In this document: one piece after another, positions 27,488-38,406 of the stretch | Layout of the letters: each line of letters starts with the position of its first letter | How positions within the stretch are numbered: position 1 is the first letter of the stretch | Assembly (NCBI GenBank): GCA_963718665.1 | Contig: OY970359.1 | Location: 1,888,001 to 1,952,000 of the forward strand | Reading direction: 5' to 3' | Length of the DNA: 64,000 nt | DNA from: an uncultured Phycisphaerales bacterium | Lineage (GTDB): Bacteria > Planctomycetota > Phycisphaerae > Sedimentisphaerales > Anaerobacaceae | Notes under the pieces: model-generated | Database searches by the model: none | What the model saw: the letters and a program-made list of their open reading frames with translations, nothing else | What the model was told of the DNA's origin: nothing | Translations under genes and position numbers: made by a program

Positions 27488-28342
27488 TTAATCTTTTAAT
27501 TCGCGAATCCAGATATTTCTGAATCTCACCGGGTTGCCATTATGGTCCTGCAAAGATAATGAACCTTTATCGCCATGTGGGAAGTAATCGCTCATAGCGT
27601 GGGGGCCCATCCAGCCGGTCCCGCCCTGAAGCTCGACGTTATCCTGGATGAGAACCCCATTTTGAAATACGGTAAATCTCGCTTTCCTGTCCACCTTGCC
27701 GTCCTTGAAAGTCGGCCTGTGGAATACCACGTCGTATGACTGCCATTCGCCGGGCTTTCGAGACGAATTGACTAACGGCACATTGCGACCATAAAGCGCA
27801 CCGCACTGGCCGTCTGCGTAAGTGGGATTGTTATATGAATCGAGCACCTGAATCTCATAGAACTGTCGGTGGTCATTCGTCTCCATCAAAAACACGCCGC
27901 TGTTGCCGCGTCCTTGGGAACTCCCCATTACCTTCTCCGGCGTGGCGAATTCGACATGAAGCTGACAGGAGCCGAATTTCTCCTTTGTGCGAATGTCGCC
28001 GGCGTCTTTTACGACTTCGATATACCCTTCGCCAACCTTCCAGGGGAATGGCCCCTTGGGGTTCTTTACGCCTTCCCACTTGGAAACATCGTTACCCTCA
28101 AGCAGCACAACCGCATCCGATGGGGCGGTGCCGACCTTGCCATAACAGCTCGCCTCACCAGGCGTAACCACAGGCGCCATGGGCCGATTCACATCGTGAA
28201 CCATCCATTTTTGACCATCAGCTTCCACCCACTGAATTACTTCCGGCTTTTTCGGCGCCGGGGCCGCATTCGGCTCTGCGCAATTCGCAACCGTTGCCAA
28301 CAAAACAATTACCCCCAAACCCAAAATCATGTTCCTGACCAT
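27488..28342 (-). CDS. DUF1080 / 3-keto-disaccharide hydrolase family secreted protein
   Basis: Signal peptide; QGRGNSGVF, YEIQVLDS, GEWQSYDV, LQDH..PVRFRNIWIREL. Confidence 0.88.
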   Translation of the reverse strand: MVRNMILGLGVIVLLATVANCAEPNAAPAPKKPEVIQWVEADGQKWMVHDVNRPMAPVVTPGEASCYGKVGTAPSDAVVLLEGNDVSKWEGVKNPKGPFPWKVGEGYIEVVKDAGDIRTKEKFGSCQLHVEFATPEKVMGSSQGRGNSGVFLMETNDHRQFYEIQVLDSYNNPTYADGQCGALYGRNVPLVNSSRKPGEWQSYDVVFHRPTFKDGKVDRKARFTVFQNGVLIQDNVELQGGTGWMGPHAMSDYFPHGDKGSLSLQDHNGNPVRFRNIWIRELKD

Positions 28343-28455
28343 TTTTGTTATCCTTTCAAACCCGGCTTCGCCTCGCTACGCCGAGGCGAGAACTATTAAT
28401 GTTTCCAAACCCCAGCTTTATACCCCAAACCGCCTCGCTTGCCAAGTGCAAGGTT

Positions 28456-29241
28456 TCACATTGCGTAACTGTGCAGGCCGGGGAAAAGGTGGGAGAGGTT
28501 CACCCATAACAGGGTTATTATAATGACGACAAGGCCGACGACTGCCCAGAGGGAATTTATCTGCGTGAGTCGCCTGCCGAACATATAGCGGAAATGGAAA
28601 TAGCCAATGTAAACCAGCCAGGATGCGAGCGACCATAATTCCTTCGGGTCCCAGCCCCACCAGTCACCCCAGGCGTTCTGCCCCCAGATGCTTCCGAGAA
28701 CAAGACCAAGCGTCAACAGCGGAAAACCCGCACAGACCATTCGATACGTCGCCTCTTCGGGCGAAAGCAAGTTCTCGGATTGCCTGCCCGTCAGTTGTGC
28801 TGCCGCCTGTACGGCCGCCTTTGTCATAAGGATATACGAAAGCATATAAACAAGGACGTGAGGGCCGAAAAGCCAGCTTTGCAAAGCGGGAGGCAATTGC
28901 ATCGGCTCGGCGCTGAAAACGAATCCCGCGGGAAAAAGCACAATCACCCCTATAAGCATATCAGCCGCGACGCCGCCTACCCGCAGAACGCTATTGCAGA
29001 AAATAGAAATAGGATAAGCCAAAACCCCAAGGCACAAAAACACCTCGAAAAGATTCTGCAACGGGATATGCCTGACATCAACCCAGCGATAAGCGAGAGC
29101 CGTGCAGCCGACGAGAAACCCGGCCAAGAATAAAATATGCCCCGTCTTTCGCTGACGCGATAACATAACGACAAACGCGAGGAGATACGCAGACATCGCG
29201 GCGTAAATCAGCAAACCCTGAATGGTATATTTAATCGCCAT
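28456..29241 (-). CDS. ccsA: Cytochrome c biogenesis protein CcsA (system II)
   Basis: Multi-TM; PALQSW...HV, GSIWGQNAWGDWWGWDPKE, GLHSYA. Confidence 0.92.
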   Translation of the reverse strand: MAIKYTIQGLLIYAAMSAYLLAFVVMLSRQRKTGHILFLAGFLVGCTALAYRWVDVRHIPLQNLFEVFLCLGVLAYPISIFCNSVLRVGGVAADMLIGVIVLFPAGFVFSAEPMQLPPALQSWLFGPHVLVYMLSYILMTKAAVQAAAQLTGRQSENLLSPEEATYRMVCAGFPLLTLGLVLGSIWGQNAWGDWWGWDPKELWSLASWLVYIGYFHFRYMFGRRLTQINSLWAVVGLVVIIITLLWVNLSHLFPGLHSYAM

Positions 29242-29244
29242 TAT

Positions 29245-30273
29245 TTAATCTTCCATCTCCCTGTCGCCGAAGAGGTGCCGAAGCCAGAAATGCCAGAAGA
29301 CCCCGGCGCAGAGCAGGATGTAACCGAGAAAAACTACGCCCAGCCCCTTGTCGCATGTCACGCCAAGCACCGTATATCGGCCCGCATCGCTGTCGTAACC
29401 CTGCTGATAAAAAAGATACCCGCCATAATGCAACGGTTTATTGACCTCGATATTTTTCCGTATAACGACCTTATTATCTTTAACGACCTCAACGTCGCTG
29501 AGAAAATCCTTAATCGACCTGCGATAAAAAAGCTGCAGATTGTCATCGGGCCTGGCGTGGCCGGGAAAACGCTCGAATACATATCTTGTCGTCTCGCTGC
29601 CATCGGGCTTTTTAAGCAGCAGTTCAAGTGTCGGATTAGGCCCGCCGTTGGCATCCTCAATCGCGATTTGCTTGTCACCTTCCTGCGTCAGTTTGAAATT
29701 CTCAAATCGCCTGACAATCTCAACACTGCCCAAATCAGCACCAAGTACATACTTTTGTCCCTCCTGGGCGGGAATTTTAAAACCCTCGCCCTTTTGTGTC
29801 CTGATAATTAATTGCCCGGGCTGATAATACTCGATTTTGAAATCCACGAGTTTTACCGCGAAGGGCAGCGTCTTTGTTATGCCATCTTCCAATTCCACCG
29901 CCCGCTCGGTAGTTCCCTTATTGATTATCATTTGGCCAGCGTGAATCGTGTCCGTGCCGAACAATTTATCCTGAATCCTGAACCCCGTCTGTGAGCCGAT
30001 TATGCCGCCCGCGAGGATAATTATGCAGCCCAGATGAATCAGGAAAAGCCCCCGAAAACAAAGCAGCCGGCGAAATATGGCTATTGCCGAGATTAACAGG
30101 ATTGCGAACGCAAGCCAGTAAACAGCTAATGGTATCGAATTGAAAACCCCCTTTGCCGATTCTGCCCCGATAAATGCCCCGTATATCGAAAGCAAAGTCA
30201 AAAGCAGGATAAGCAACAATCCTGCCCACAAGGCAACACGTCTTAAACCGCTTTTTAATCCCGCTGATTGCAT
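29245..30273 (-). CDS. Cytochrome c biogenesis protein ResB/Ccs1-like
   Basis: Upstream of ccsA; IHLG..IILAG, IEVNKPLHYGGYLFYQ, C-terminal TM; start uncertain. Confidence 0.8.
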   Translation of the reverse strand: MQSAGLKSGLRRVALWAGLLLILLLTLLSIYGAFIGAESAKGVFNSIPLAVYWLAFAILLISAIAIFRRLLCFRGLFLIHLGCIIILAGGIIGSQTGFRIQDKLFGTDTIHAGQMIINKGTTERAVELEDGITKTLPFAVKLVDFKIEYYQPGQLIIRTQKGEGFKIPAQEGQKYVLGADLGSVEIVRRFENFKLTQEGDKQIAIEDANGGPNPTLELLLKKPDGSETTRYVFERFPGHARPDDNLQLFYRRSIKDFLSDVEVVKDNKVVIRKNIEVNKPLHYGGYLFYQQGYDSDAGRYTVLGVTCDKGLGVVFLGYILLCAGVFWHFWLRHLFGDREMED

Positions 30274-30403
30274 AATCGCCTTCAAAACCCGACAAAATGA
30301 AAAACGCATTATCACAAAAACAACTGCATTCGCAAGCACAATGCGGTTTTTGGCATCCTAAGATATGGCAGTAGGGGGTAACGGGGGTTATAATAGGCCC
30401 GAT

Positions 30404-31678
30404 ATGGAATTAGTGCTTCAGAGCGTAAATTATCACGATTGCCCGATTGGCCAGCGGGAAAAGGTGTCGCTCGCCAATGGCCAACAACAGGAGATGCTGC
30501 GTGCGCTGCTTGATAAGGATGGCATCGTCGAGGCAGCCATTTTGCAAACCTGCAACCGCACCGAGATTTACCTTTACGCTAAAAAAAATATCGACTGGAT
30601 AAAGCCCGTCAGCGAGCTGATGGGGCAACTCGGTGATGAAGCAGGGCAAACTTGGCAAAAGTACTGCCTGCAAAAACGTGGTATCGACGTCGCGCGACAC
30701 CTTTTTGCTGTTGCCGCGGGCCTTGATTCGCAAATGCTGGGCGAAAACCAGATACTCTCACAGGTAAAGGCCGCTTATATTGAGTCAATCGGATGCCGGG
30801 CGAGCAGGTTTATATTTCATCGGCTATTTCATACTGCGTTTCGCGTAGGCAAGGCAGTGCGAACACAAACCGATATCAACTGTGGTGCCGTCTCAATAAG
30901 TTTGGCAGCCGTCGAGCTGGCAAAAGAAAAAATCAAGTCCGGTAAAGCAGTCGCAATGATAATCGGCGCGGGTGAAAACGCGGAGCTGGCGGCAAGATAT
31001 TTAGTCAAGGCGGGACTTAAGCAACTTATTATCGCCAACAGGAACAAAGCCAACGCCGACGAGCTTTGCGAACGCTTAGGCACAGGTCGTGTAATAGGTC
31101 TCGATGAAATACCTGCCTGCTTAGATGAAGCCGACTTGGTAATTGCCTCAACAGGCGCAACGCAACCCGTAGTCAATTACGAAAACGTTAAAGATGTCCT
31201 GAACAAACGTAAAAAACCGCTGCTGATGATTGATATAGCTGTCCCCAGGGACATCGATGAGCGAATCGCGCAATTCGACTGCGTAACAATCGTCAATATC
31301 GACGACCTCGACAAGCGAATAGCCGTCAACAGGGAAAAACGCTCGACCGAAATCCCCAAAGCCGAAAAAATCATCGATGACTTCACAAAACAATTCGCAA
31401 GCTGGCGCGACTCGTTATCCGTCGTCCCAGTTGTTACCCAGCTCACTCAAAGGGCGATTGAATTGGCGCGTGCCGAGGCCAGACGCTACGCCAAGGACTT
31501 TGGCATCGAAAATGCAGCCAAACTCGAAACCTTCGCCGAATCGCTTGCCAAAAAGCTCCTCCACGGCCCGGTCACTTTCCTCAAAGACGCTGGCGACGAT
31601 GACCCCACCACCCAGCAGCTTCGCGCCCTTGACCTGGTAAATAAAATGTTCCTTCTCGACGAAGAGCAGCCGAAATGA
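30404..31678 (+). CDS. hemA: Glutamyl-tRNA reductase
   Basis: TCNRTEIY, HLFAVAAGLDSQMLGENQILSQVK, IGAGE, DIAVPRDI. Confidence 0.95.
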   Translation: MELVLQSVNYHDCPIGQREKVSLANGQQQEMLRALLDKDGIVEAAILQTCNRTEIYLYAKKNIDWIKPVSELMGQLGDEAGQTWQKYCLQKRGIDVARHLFAVAAGLDSQMLGENQILSQVKAAYIESIGCRASRFIFHRLFHTAFRVGKAVRTQTDINCGAVSISLAAVELAKEKIKSGKAVAMIIGAGENAELAARYLVKAGLKQLIIANRNKANADELCERLGTGRVIGLDEIPACLDEADLVIASTGATQPVVNYENVKDVLNKRKKPLLMIDIAVPRDIDERIAQFDCVTIVNIDDLDKRIAVNREKRSTEIPKAEKIIDDFTKQFASWRDSLSVVPVVTQLTQRAIELARAEARRYAKDFGIENAAKLETFAESLAKKLLHGPVTFLKDAGDDDPTTQQLRALDLVNKMFLLDEEQPK

Positions 31679-32574
31679 AAAAAACGCTCACCATCGCGAC
31701 TCGCACTGGCTCGCTGGCTATTGTCCAAACCAAAATCGTCGTAGCCGCAATACAAAAACTTTTTCCCGCCCTTGATATCCGCATAAAAAAAATTGCAAGC
31801 CAGGGCGACAAAGACCGACGAACAACACTCTGGGAATTGAAAGAGACCGGCTTTTTCACGTCTTTGCTCGAAGACGCATTGCTCGCGGGCCAGGCGGATG
31901 CAGCCGTTCACAGTTTCAAAGACCTCCCGACCGCAATCCGCAAAGGACTCACAATCGAAGCTGTACTTGAACGGAAATTTCCCGAAGATTGTCTCGTAAC
32001 CGCCTCGCTGATTAAATCCCTCGATGAATTGCCCAAAGAAGCAATAATCGGCACATCGAGTTTGAGAAGGACCGTCCAGTTAAAACGATTGCGCAGCGAT
32101 TTGCGGTGTGTTCCCATACGGGGCAACGTTACCACTCGCCTCAAAAAACTCGAACAAGGCGACTTCGATGCAATCGTTTTGGCGCGGGCAGGTCTCGAAC
32201 GACTCGGCTTAGCCGATAAAATCTCAATCATCTTTGACCCGACCAAATTCATCCCATCGCCTGCACAGGGCGCTCTTGCGGTTGAAGTTAGAGCCTATGA
32301 TGCCGAAACAGAGGAAATCGTCTCGAAACTCGATGATAAAGATGCCCGCATAATAACAACCGCTGAACGTCAGGTTTTCTCCGCTCTTGGCTGCGGCTGT
32401 CACGCACCAGCGGGAGTATTCGCACGAATTGACGGTTCTAAAATCACTATCTCCGCCTGCCTTAGCGACCCTGACGGCAGTAATTTCAGAGAATCTTCCC
32501 TCTCTGGCCCAATTAACGATTCCGCCAAATTAGCCCAATCCTTCGCTGATAAACTCAGGCAAAAAAGCAGTTAG
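31675..32574 (+). CDS. hemC: Hydroxymethylbilane synthase
   Basis: IATRTGSLA, AVHSFKDLP, GTSSLRR, RGNV.TRL, LGCGC. Confidence 0.95.
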   Translation: MKKTLTIATRTGSLAIVQTKIVVAAIQKLFPALDIRIKKIASQGDKDRRTTLWELKETGFFTSLLEDALLAGQADAAVHSFKDLPTAIRKGLTIEAVLERKFPEDCLVTASLIKSLDELPKEAIIGTSSLRRTVQLKRLRSDLRCVPIRGNVTTRLKKLEQGDFDAIVLARAGLERLGLADKISIIFDPTKFIPSPAQGALAVEVRAYDAETEEIVSKLDDKDARIITTAERQVFSALGCGCHAPAGVFARIDGSKITISACLSDPDGSNFRESSLSGPINDSAKLAQSFADKLRQKSS

Positions 32575-32578
32575 TAAA

Positions 32579-33229
32579 TTACACCCTGTGCGGCAAACCA
32601 TTCAACGGGCATTCTTCGCATTTAGGCGTCGGCTTACAGAAATCCTTTCCCAAATGAACAAGAAGAGCGTGATACTCATTAAAGAGTTGAATGTCCGAAG
32701 ACAAATTCGATTCAAATGTTTCCTGAATCTGATGATAGTCCGCGCCTTCGTCAATCAAATGATGGCGTGAACATATCCGGGCTGTATAGGCATCGACAAC
32801 AAAGACAGGACGATTGAGGGCGTAAAGCAAAATCGAGTCGGCTGTTTCGGGGCCAATACCTTTTACGCTGAGCAATTGCTGGCGAAGTTCATCGGTCGGC
32901 ACATTTTCGAGATTTTTTAATTCGCCGCAGTATTTTTCAAAAAACCAGTCGAGAAAGTTTTTCAATCGTTTCGCCTTTATATTGAAGTACCCGGCAGGGC
33001 GAATTAACTCAGCAAGTTTTTTGATATCAAGCCGATGCAGCTTATCAGGAGAAAGCACCCCGGCGTTTTTCAGATTGGTGATTGCCTTTTCGACGTTGGT
33101 CCAGTTGGTATTCTGGGTAAGAATCGCCCCAACAATAACCTCAAATGGTGTATCCCCCGGCCACCAGTCCTGCGGCCCAAACCGCTTAAAAAGCAAATCG
33201 TAAATCTCTTTCAGTTGTTCAGATAGCAT
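32579..33229 (-). CDS. Endonuclease III domain (HhH-GPD) protein
   Basis: WWPGDTPFEVIVGAILTQNTNW, GIGPETADSILLY, VVDAYTAR; TATAAT 7 nt upstream of ATG 33229 suggests a leaderless mRNA. Confidence 0.88.
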   Translation of the reverse strand: MLSEQLKEIYDLLFKRFGPQDWWPGDTPFEVIVGAILTQNTNWTNVEKAITNLKNAGVLSPDKLHRLDIKKLAELIRPAGYFNIKAKRLKNFLDWFFEKYCGELKNLENVPTDELRQQLLSVKGIGPETADSILLYALNRPVFVVDAYTARICSRHHLIDEGADYHQIQETFESNLSSDIQLFNEYHALLVHLGKDFCKPTPKCEECPLNGLPHRV

Positions 33230-33393
33230 TGATGCGATTATACAGGTACTCGGGATAAACTGCCAGAATGGCGAGTGACTGGTTAACTCGACTGCCAAAA
33301 GTGGTTTGACAAAGAAGCACAGCTAATCACGAGTTCGATTTTAAGCTCTTATATTAAAAGGAGTTAGGAAAAGGACTGGTATTGCGGGCCGTA

Positions 33394-33410
33394 TTGGTAT
33401 AGTATTTGCA
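33394..33410 (+). promoter_or_regulatory. Candidate sigma54 (-24/-12) promoter of the chaperone operon
   Basis: TTGGTATAGTATTTGCA, GG-N10-GC spacing exact. Confidence 0.6.
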
Positions 33411-33477
33411 GGTTATCACCACCAAGACACTAAGACTCTAAGTAAAAATGTTGATAAATTAGTAAGGAGAGTATGCA

Positions 33478-35147
33478 ATGGCAGTGAAACAATTGGCATT
33501 TGACGTTGAAGCCCGCAAGGGGTTATTGAAGGGCGTTGAGAAGTTGGCAGCGGCGGTCAGGGCGACTTTGGGACCGAGAGGCAGAAATGCGATTATCGAT
33601 AAAGGATGGGGCGGGCCGACCGTCACAAAAGACGGCGTTACGGTAGCCGAAGAAATCGAGCTGTCGGACAAAAACGAAAACATGGCGCCAAGTTGGTCAA
33701 AGAGGCGGCCAGCAAGACCTCGAAAATAGCGGGCGACGGGACTACAACAGCGACCGTCCTGACCGAGGCGATGTTCACCGAGGCATTCAGAAACTTAGCA
33801 GCGGGTGCGGACGCGATGGCGCTTAATCGTGGAATGCAGGAGGCGTCAAAAGCGGTTGTTGAGAAACTAAAAACACTCGCGAAACCCGTTGATATCAGCA
33901 AGAGAACCGATATCGTCAACGTCGCGTCAATCTCAGCAAACAACGACAGCGAAATCGGCAACAAGATGGCGGACGCATTCCAGCGGGTCGGCAAAGACGG
34001 CGTCATTACAATCGAGGACGGCAAAGGGTTCGAGACAACGGTTGATTTCGTCGAAGGTATGCAGTTTGACCGCGGATACCTGTCGCCCCATTTCGTTACC
34101 AATCCCGACAATATGACCTGCGAACTGGAACGGCCATTGATATTAGTTTACGAAGACAAAATCAGCAGCGTGGCAAAGTTAGTGCCCTTACTCGAAAAGT
34201 CAGCAAAAGCGAAAAGGCCTTTACTCATCATCGCCGAAGACATCGAAAGCGAGGCGCTGGCGACCTTAGTGGTCAATAAATTAAAGGGGATTATACAGTG
34301 TGCTGCCGTAAAAGCACCGGGTTATGGCGACAGGCGCAAGGCAATGCTGGAAGATATCGCCGTATTGACCGGCGCAGAGCCGATATTCAAGGATTTGGGA
34401 ATCGAGCTTGAAGGCATCAGCGCAAAGCAATTAGGCCAGGCAAAGAAAATAACCATCGACGGCGACAACACGATTATCGTCGAAGGCGCAGGCGATGAGG
34501 GAGCAATCAAAGGCAGAATCAAACAGATTCAGGATGAAATCTCGAAAACCACCAGCGACTACGATAAAGAAAAATTACAGGAACGTTTGGCGAAACTCAC
34601 CGGCGGCGTTGCCCAGATTAAAGTCGGCGGAGTGAGCGAAGCCGAAATGAAAGAGCGAAAAGCGAGAATTGAAGACGCACTGCACGCGACAAGGGCAGCC
34701 ATTGAAGAAGGCATAGTCCCCGGCGGCGGTGTCGCGCTGATTCGCTGCATCGACTCGATAAAGGCGTTGAAACTGACCGGCGATGAAAAAACCGGCGCAG
34801 ATATCGTAGCAAAATCACTGACGATGCCATGCTACTGGATAGCAGCAAATGCCGGCGCGACAGCGAACCTGGTTGTGAGCAAGGTCGCGGAAGGCAAAGG
34901 CGCATTCGGCTACAACGCGGATAAAGACATCTACGAGGACCTGATTGCTGCCGGCGTCATCGACCCGGTTAAAGTAACAAGAATCGCACTGCAAAACGCA
35001 GTTAGTATTGCGGGATTGCTGCTGACAACGGATTGCGTCATTACGGAAAAGCCGCAGGACAAGAAAGAGGGACATCAGCACCCAGGTATGGGCGGCGGTA
35101 TGGGCGGAATGGGTGGCATGGGCGGTATGGACGATTACGGAATGTAA
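33478..35147 (+). pseudogene. groL: Chaperonin GroEL (copy 1) with a -1 frameshift near 33684 (probably a sequencing error)
   Basis: MAVKQLAFD...[10 protein letters not shown]...ENM then AAC ATG GC GCC AAG, one G short of NMGAK; continues [10 protein letters not shown] to a GGM-rich tail. Confidence 0.9.
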
Positions 35148-35225
35148 ATTTTTGCCACAAAGACACTAAAACACAAAGAAAAAAGTTAGGATTTTGGATA
35201 ACTGAAAATAAAAGGAGATTTAGAT

Positions 35226-35516
35226 ATGAAGTTGGCGCCATTGGATGACAGGGTTGTAATAAAACAATCGGAGGCAGAAGAAAAAAGCTCGGGCGGAATC
35301 ATACTGCCTGATGCGGCAAAGGAAAAACCGCAAAGGGGGAAAATTATCGCCGTCGGGCCGGGCAAGATGCTTGATAACGGCAAACGCGGCGCAATGAACG
35401 TCAAAAAAGGCGACGAGATCATTTACGCCAAATACATAGGCAACGAGATTGAGATTGACGGCGAAAACTACGTCATACTGCACGAAGGCGACATACTCGG
35501 CGTGATTGAGAAATAA
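35226..35516 (+). CDS. groES: Co-chaperonin GroES
   Basis: MKLAPLDDRVVI, GGIILPD.AKEKP, AVGPG. Confidence 0.97.
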   Translation: MKLAPLDDRVVIKQSEAEEKSSGGIILPDAAKEKPQRGKIIAVGPGKMLDNGKRGAMNVKKGDEIIYAKYIGNEIEIDGENYVILHEGDILGVIEK

Positions 35517-35582
35517 AGGAAACCACAGATTACACAGATTGCACTGAAGTAAAGATAAAAGAAAAATTGAGAGGTTGAAGAT

Positions 35583-37208
35583 ATGGCAAAGCAATTGATG
35601 TTTGATGATGCGGCGAGGCAGCAGCTCAAGGAAGGATTGAGTGAGCTGGCAAACGCCGTGAAAGTTACATTAGGACCTACGGGCAAAAACGTGATATTAC
35701 AGAAAAGCTGGGGTTCGCCCAAAATCACAAAGGATGGCGTAAGCGTCAGCAAGGAAATCGAGCTGCAGCAGCCCTTCAAAAATATGGGCGCTAAAATGGT
35801 CAACCAGGCGGCGAGTAAAACAGCCGACGAGGTTGGCGACGGTACAACGACGGCGACGATATTGGCAGAGGCGATATACAACGAGGGCCTCAAATACGTT
35901 ACCGCGGGCGTCAACCCGATGGCGATACAACGAGGTATCAACAAAGCAGTCGCCAAGGCCAGCGAATTCATAAAGTCGATTTCGACGCCGGTAAAAGGCG
36001 ATGACATTGCCAAGGTGGCGACAATCAGCGCTAACAACAACGCATCAGTCGGAAAACTACTCGCCGAAGCGATGGAGAAGGTGGGCAAAGATGGCGTCAT
36101 AGAGATTGAAGAAGGCAAAGGTACGGAAAATGAAGTCAACGTCGTCGAAGGTATGCAATTCGACCGCGGCTACATATCGCCTTACTTCATGACCAACCCG
36201 GAGACGCTGGAGTGCGTGCTTGAAGACGCACATATACTGCTGCACGAAAAGAAACTCTCGAACGTGCGGGAAATGATACCACTGCTCGAAAAAATAGCGC
36301 AGGTCGGCGGCTCATTATTGATTGTGGCAGAAGACGTCGAAGGCGAAGCCCTCGCGGCGCTCGTTATTAACCGCCTGCAGGGAGTCCTCAAAGTTTGCGC
36401 GGTCAAAGCGCCGGGATTTGGCGACAGACGCAAGGCGATGCTCCAGGATATGGCCACATTGATCGGCGGCGAAGTAATCAGCGAAGACCTCGGAATAAAA
36501 CTGGAAAAAATCGAGTTGTCGCAACTGGGTCAGGCCAAGAAAATCGTCATAGACAAGGAAACCACGACGGTAATCGAAGGCGCAGGCAGCAAGAAAAACA
36601 TACAGACAAGATGTGAACAGATACGCAACCAGATGGAAAAAACGACGAGCAGCTACGACAAAGAAAAGCTCCAGGAACGACTTGCGAAACTCACAGGTGG
36701 CGTCGCGGTAATCAAGGCGGGAGCGGCAACCGAAACGGAAATGAAAGAGAAAAAGGACCTGCTCGACGACGCGCTGCACGCGACAAGAGCAGCAACACAG
36801 GAAGGCATCGTCGCAGGCGGCGGTGTGGCGTTCCTGCGGGCGATTGCCGTAGTCGAAAAAGAAAAGAGCAAGGCAAAGGGCGACGAACAAATCGGGTTCG
36901 AGATTATCGCCCAGGCGCTTCGCAAACCCACGATGCAGATTGCGGAAAATTCCGGCGAGCACGGCGACGTTATCGCCGCCAAGCTGCTGGAACGATTAGA
37001 CAGCGAAAAGAACATCGGATACGACGCCAACAAGGGCGAGTTTGTGGATATGCTAAAGGCCGGCATCGTTGACCCGGCCAAGGTCGTCAGGACCGCTCTC
37101 GAAACAGCCGCATCGGTTGCGGGGCTTATGTTGACTACCAGCGTCCTGATTACCGACCTCAAAGACGATGACAAAGACGCTGAGCCGATTGCCGGGTCAG
37201 TAAGGTAA
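35583..37208 (+). CDS. groL: Chaperonin GroEL (copy 2)
   Basis: [41 protein letters not shown]; no GGM tail. Confidence 0.97.
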   Translation: MAKQLMFDDAARQQLKEGLSELANAVKVTLGPTGKNVILQKSWGSPKITKDGVSVSKEIELQQPFKNMGAKMVNQAASKTADEVGDGTTTATILAEAIYNEGLKYVTAGVNPMAIQRGINKAVAKASEFIKSISTPVKGDDIAKVATISANNNASVGKLLAEAMEKVGKDGVIEIEEGKGTENEVNVVEGMQFDRGYISPYFMTNPETLECVLEDAHILLHEKKLSNVREMIPLLEKIAQVGGSLLIVAEDVEGEALAALVINRLQGVLKVCAVKAPGFGDRRKAMLQDMATLIGGEVISEDLGIKLEKIELSQLGQAKKIVIDKETTTVIEGAGSKKNIQTRCEQIRNQMEKTTSSYDKEKLQERLAKLTGGVAVIKAGAATETEMKEKKDLLDDALHATRAATQEGIVAGGGVAFLRAIAVVEKEKSKAKGDEQIGFEIIAQALRKPTMQIAENSGEHGDVIAAKLLERLDSEKNIGYDANKGEFVDMLKAGIVDPAKVVRTALETAASVAGLMLTTSVLITDLKDDDKDAEPIAGSVR

Positions 37209-37258
37209 TTTCGAGTTGTGAATTTATGACCCCGCAATAAATTGCGGGACTAAATAAT

Positions 37259-38404
37259 ATGCCGAAACGGGATTACTACGAGGTTTTAGGGGTTGCGAAA
37301 AACGCCTCGCCGGACGATATTAAACGCGCGTACAGGCGCATGGCGATAAAGTACCATCCCGACAAAAACCCCGACAACAAAAAAGAAGCCGAGGTGAAGT
37401 TCAAGGAATGCGCTGAGGCATACGAAGTCCTCAGCGACACAGAAAAACGTCAGCGATACGACCAGTTTGGTCACGACGGTCTTCGCGGCTCGGGCGTTCG
37501 CGATTATTCGCATATGCGATGGCAGGATATCGGCAGCTCCTTCGAGGACATATTCGGTTTCGGAGACCTCAGCGACCTTTTCGGAGGTGCATCACGAGGC
37601 CGCAGAGGCGCCAGGCGCGGCCCCACGAGAGGTTACGACCTCGAAACGATGGTCGAGTTGTCGCTGCAGGAAGTGGCCAAGGGCACGGAAAAAACAATCG
37701 AATTCACACGCCAGGACTTATGCGGCGAATGCAACGGCACCGGCAGCGCGAAAGGTGCGAAACCAAGCGCCTGCCCAATCTGCGGAGGCACAGGACAAGT
37801 CGCAAGAGGGGGCGGATTCTTCCAGATGGTTTCAACCTGCCCGCAATGTCGCGGGACGGGAGAAGTGATAACAAACCCGTGCAGGCAGTGCAGCGGCAGC
37901 GGCCATATGCCCAAACAGCGTGTCGTCAGCGTAAAAATACCCGCCGGAGTCCACGAGGGCCAGGGCGTGCGAGTGAGCGAAGAAGGCGAGCCGGGACGCG
38001 ACGGCGGCCCAAGGGGCGATTTGTACTGCTATGTGAAAATTAAGCCACACGAATTTCTTGAACGCGACGGCAACGACCTTATTGCAGCCGTCCCCATAAG
38101 CTTCACACAGGCCTCTCTCGGCGCGACAATCGAAGTGCCCAGTTTGGACGGTATGAAAGAATTGAAAATACCGCCCGGTACGCAGCACGGTAGCATGTTT
38201 AGAATAAAAGGCCAGGGCCTGCCTGACCTGAGAAGCAGGCGCACCGGCGATGAGCTTGTGCATATAATGGTTGAGATACCGACGAAACTGAACGACAAAC
38301 AGGAAGAATTGCTGCGGGAGTTTGCGAAAACCGAAAACAAGAGCGTCTTCCCAAAAGCGAGCGGCTTTGTTGAGCATTTGAAAAAGTATTTTGGCGGCAA
38401 CTAA
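37259..38404 (+). CDS. dnaJ: Molecular chaperone DnaJ
   Basis: [11 protein letters not shown], four CxxCxGxG repeats. Confidence 0.97.
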   Translation: MPKRDYYEVLGVAKNASPDDIKRAYRRMAIKYHPDKNPDNKKEAEVKFKECAEAYEVLSDTEKRQRYDQFGHDGLRGSGVRDYSHMRWQDIGSSFEDIFGFGDLSDLFGGASRGRRGARRGPTRGYDLETMVELSLQEVAKGTEKTIEFTRQDLCGECNGTGSAKGAKPSACPICGGTGQVARGGGFFQMVSTCPQCRGTGEVITNPCRQCSGSGHMPKQRVVSVKIPAGVHEGQGVRVSEEGEPGRDGGPRGDLYCYVKIKPHEFLERDGNDLIAAVPISFTQASLGATIEVPSLDGMKELKIPPGTQHGSMFRIKGQGLPDLRSRRTGDELVHIMVEIPTKLNDKQEELLREFAKTENKSVFPKASGFVEHLKKYFGGN

Positions 38405-38406
38405 CA

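Noticed and set aside
33260..33300. CIRCE element before groEL
   Set aside because: Does not match TTAGCACTC-N9-GAGTGCTAA
33606..33690. Alternative N-terminus MGRADRH... of GroEL, or programmed frameshift
   Set aside because: Artefact of a one-base deletion in a conserved NMGAK codon run; no slippery motif
35088..35147. GGCGGTATG repeats
   Set aside because: Ordinary GGM tail of GroEL
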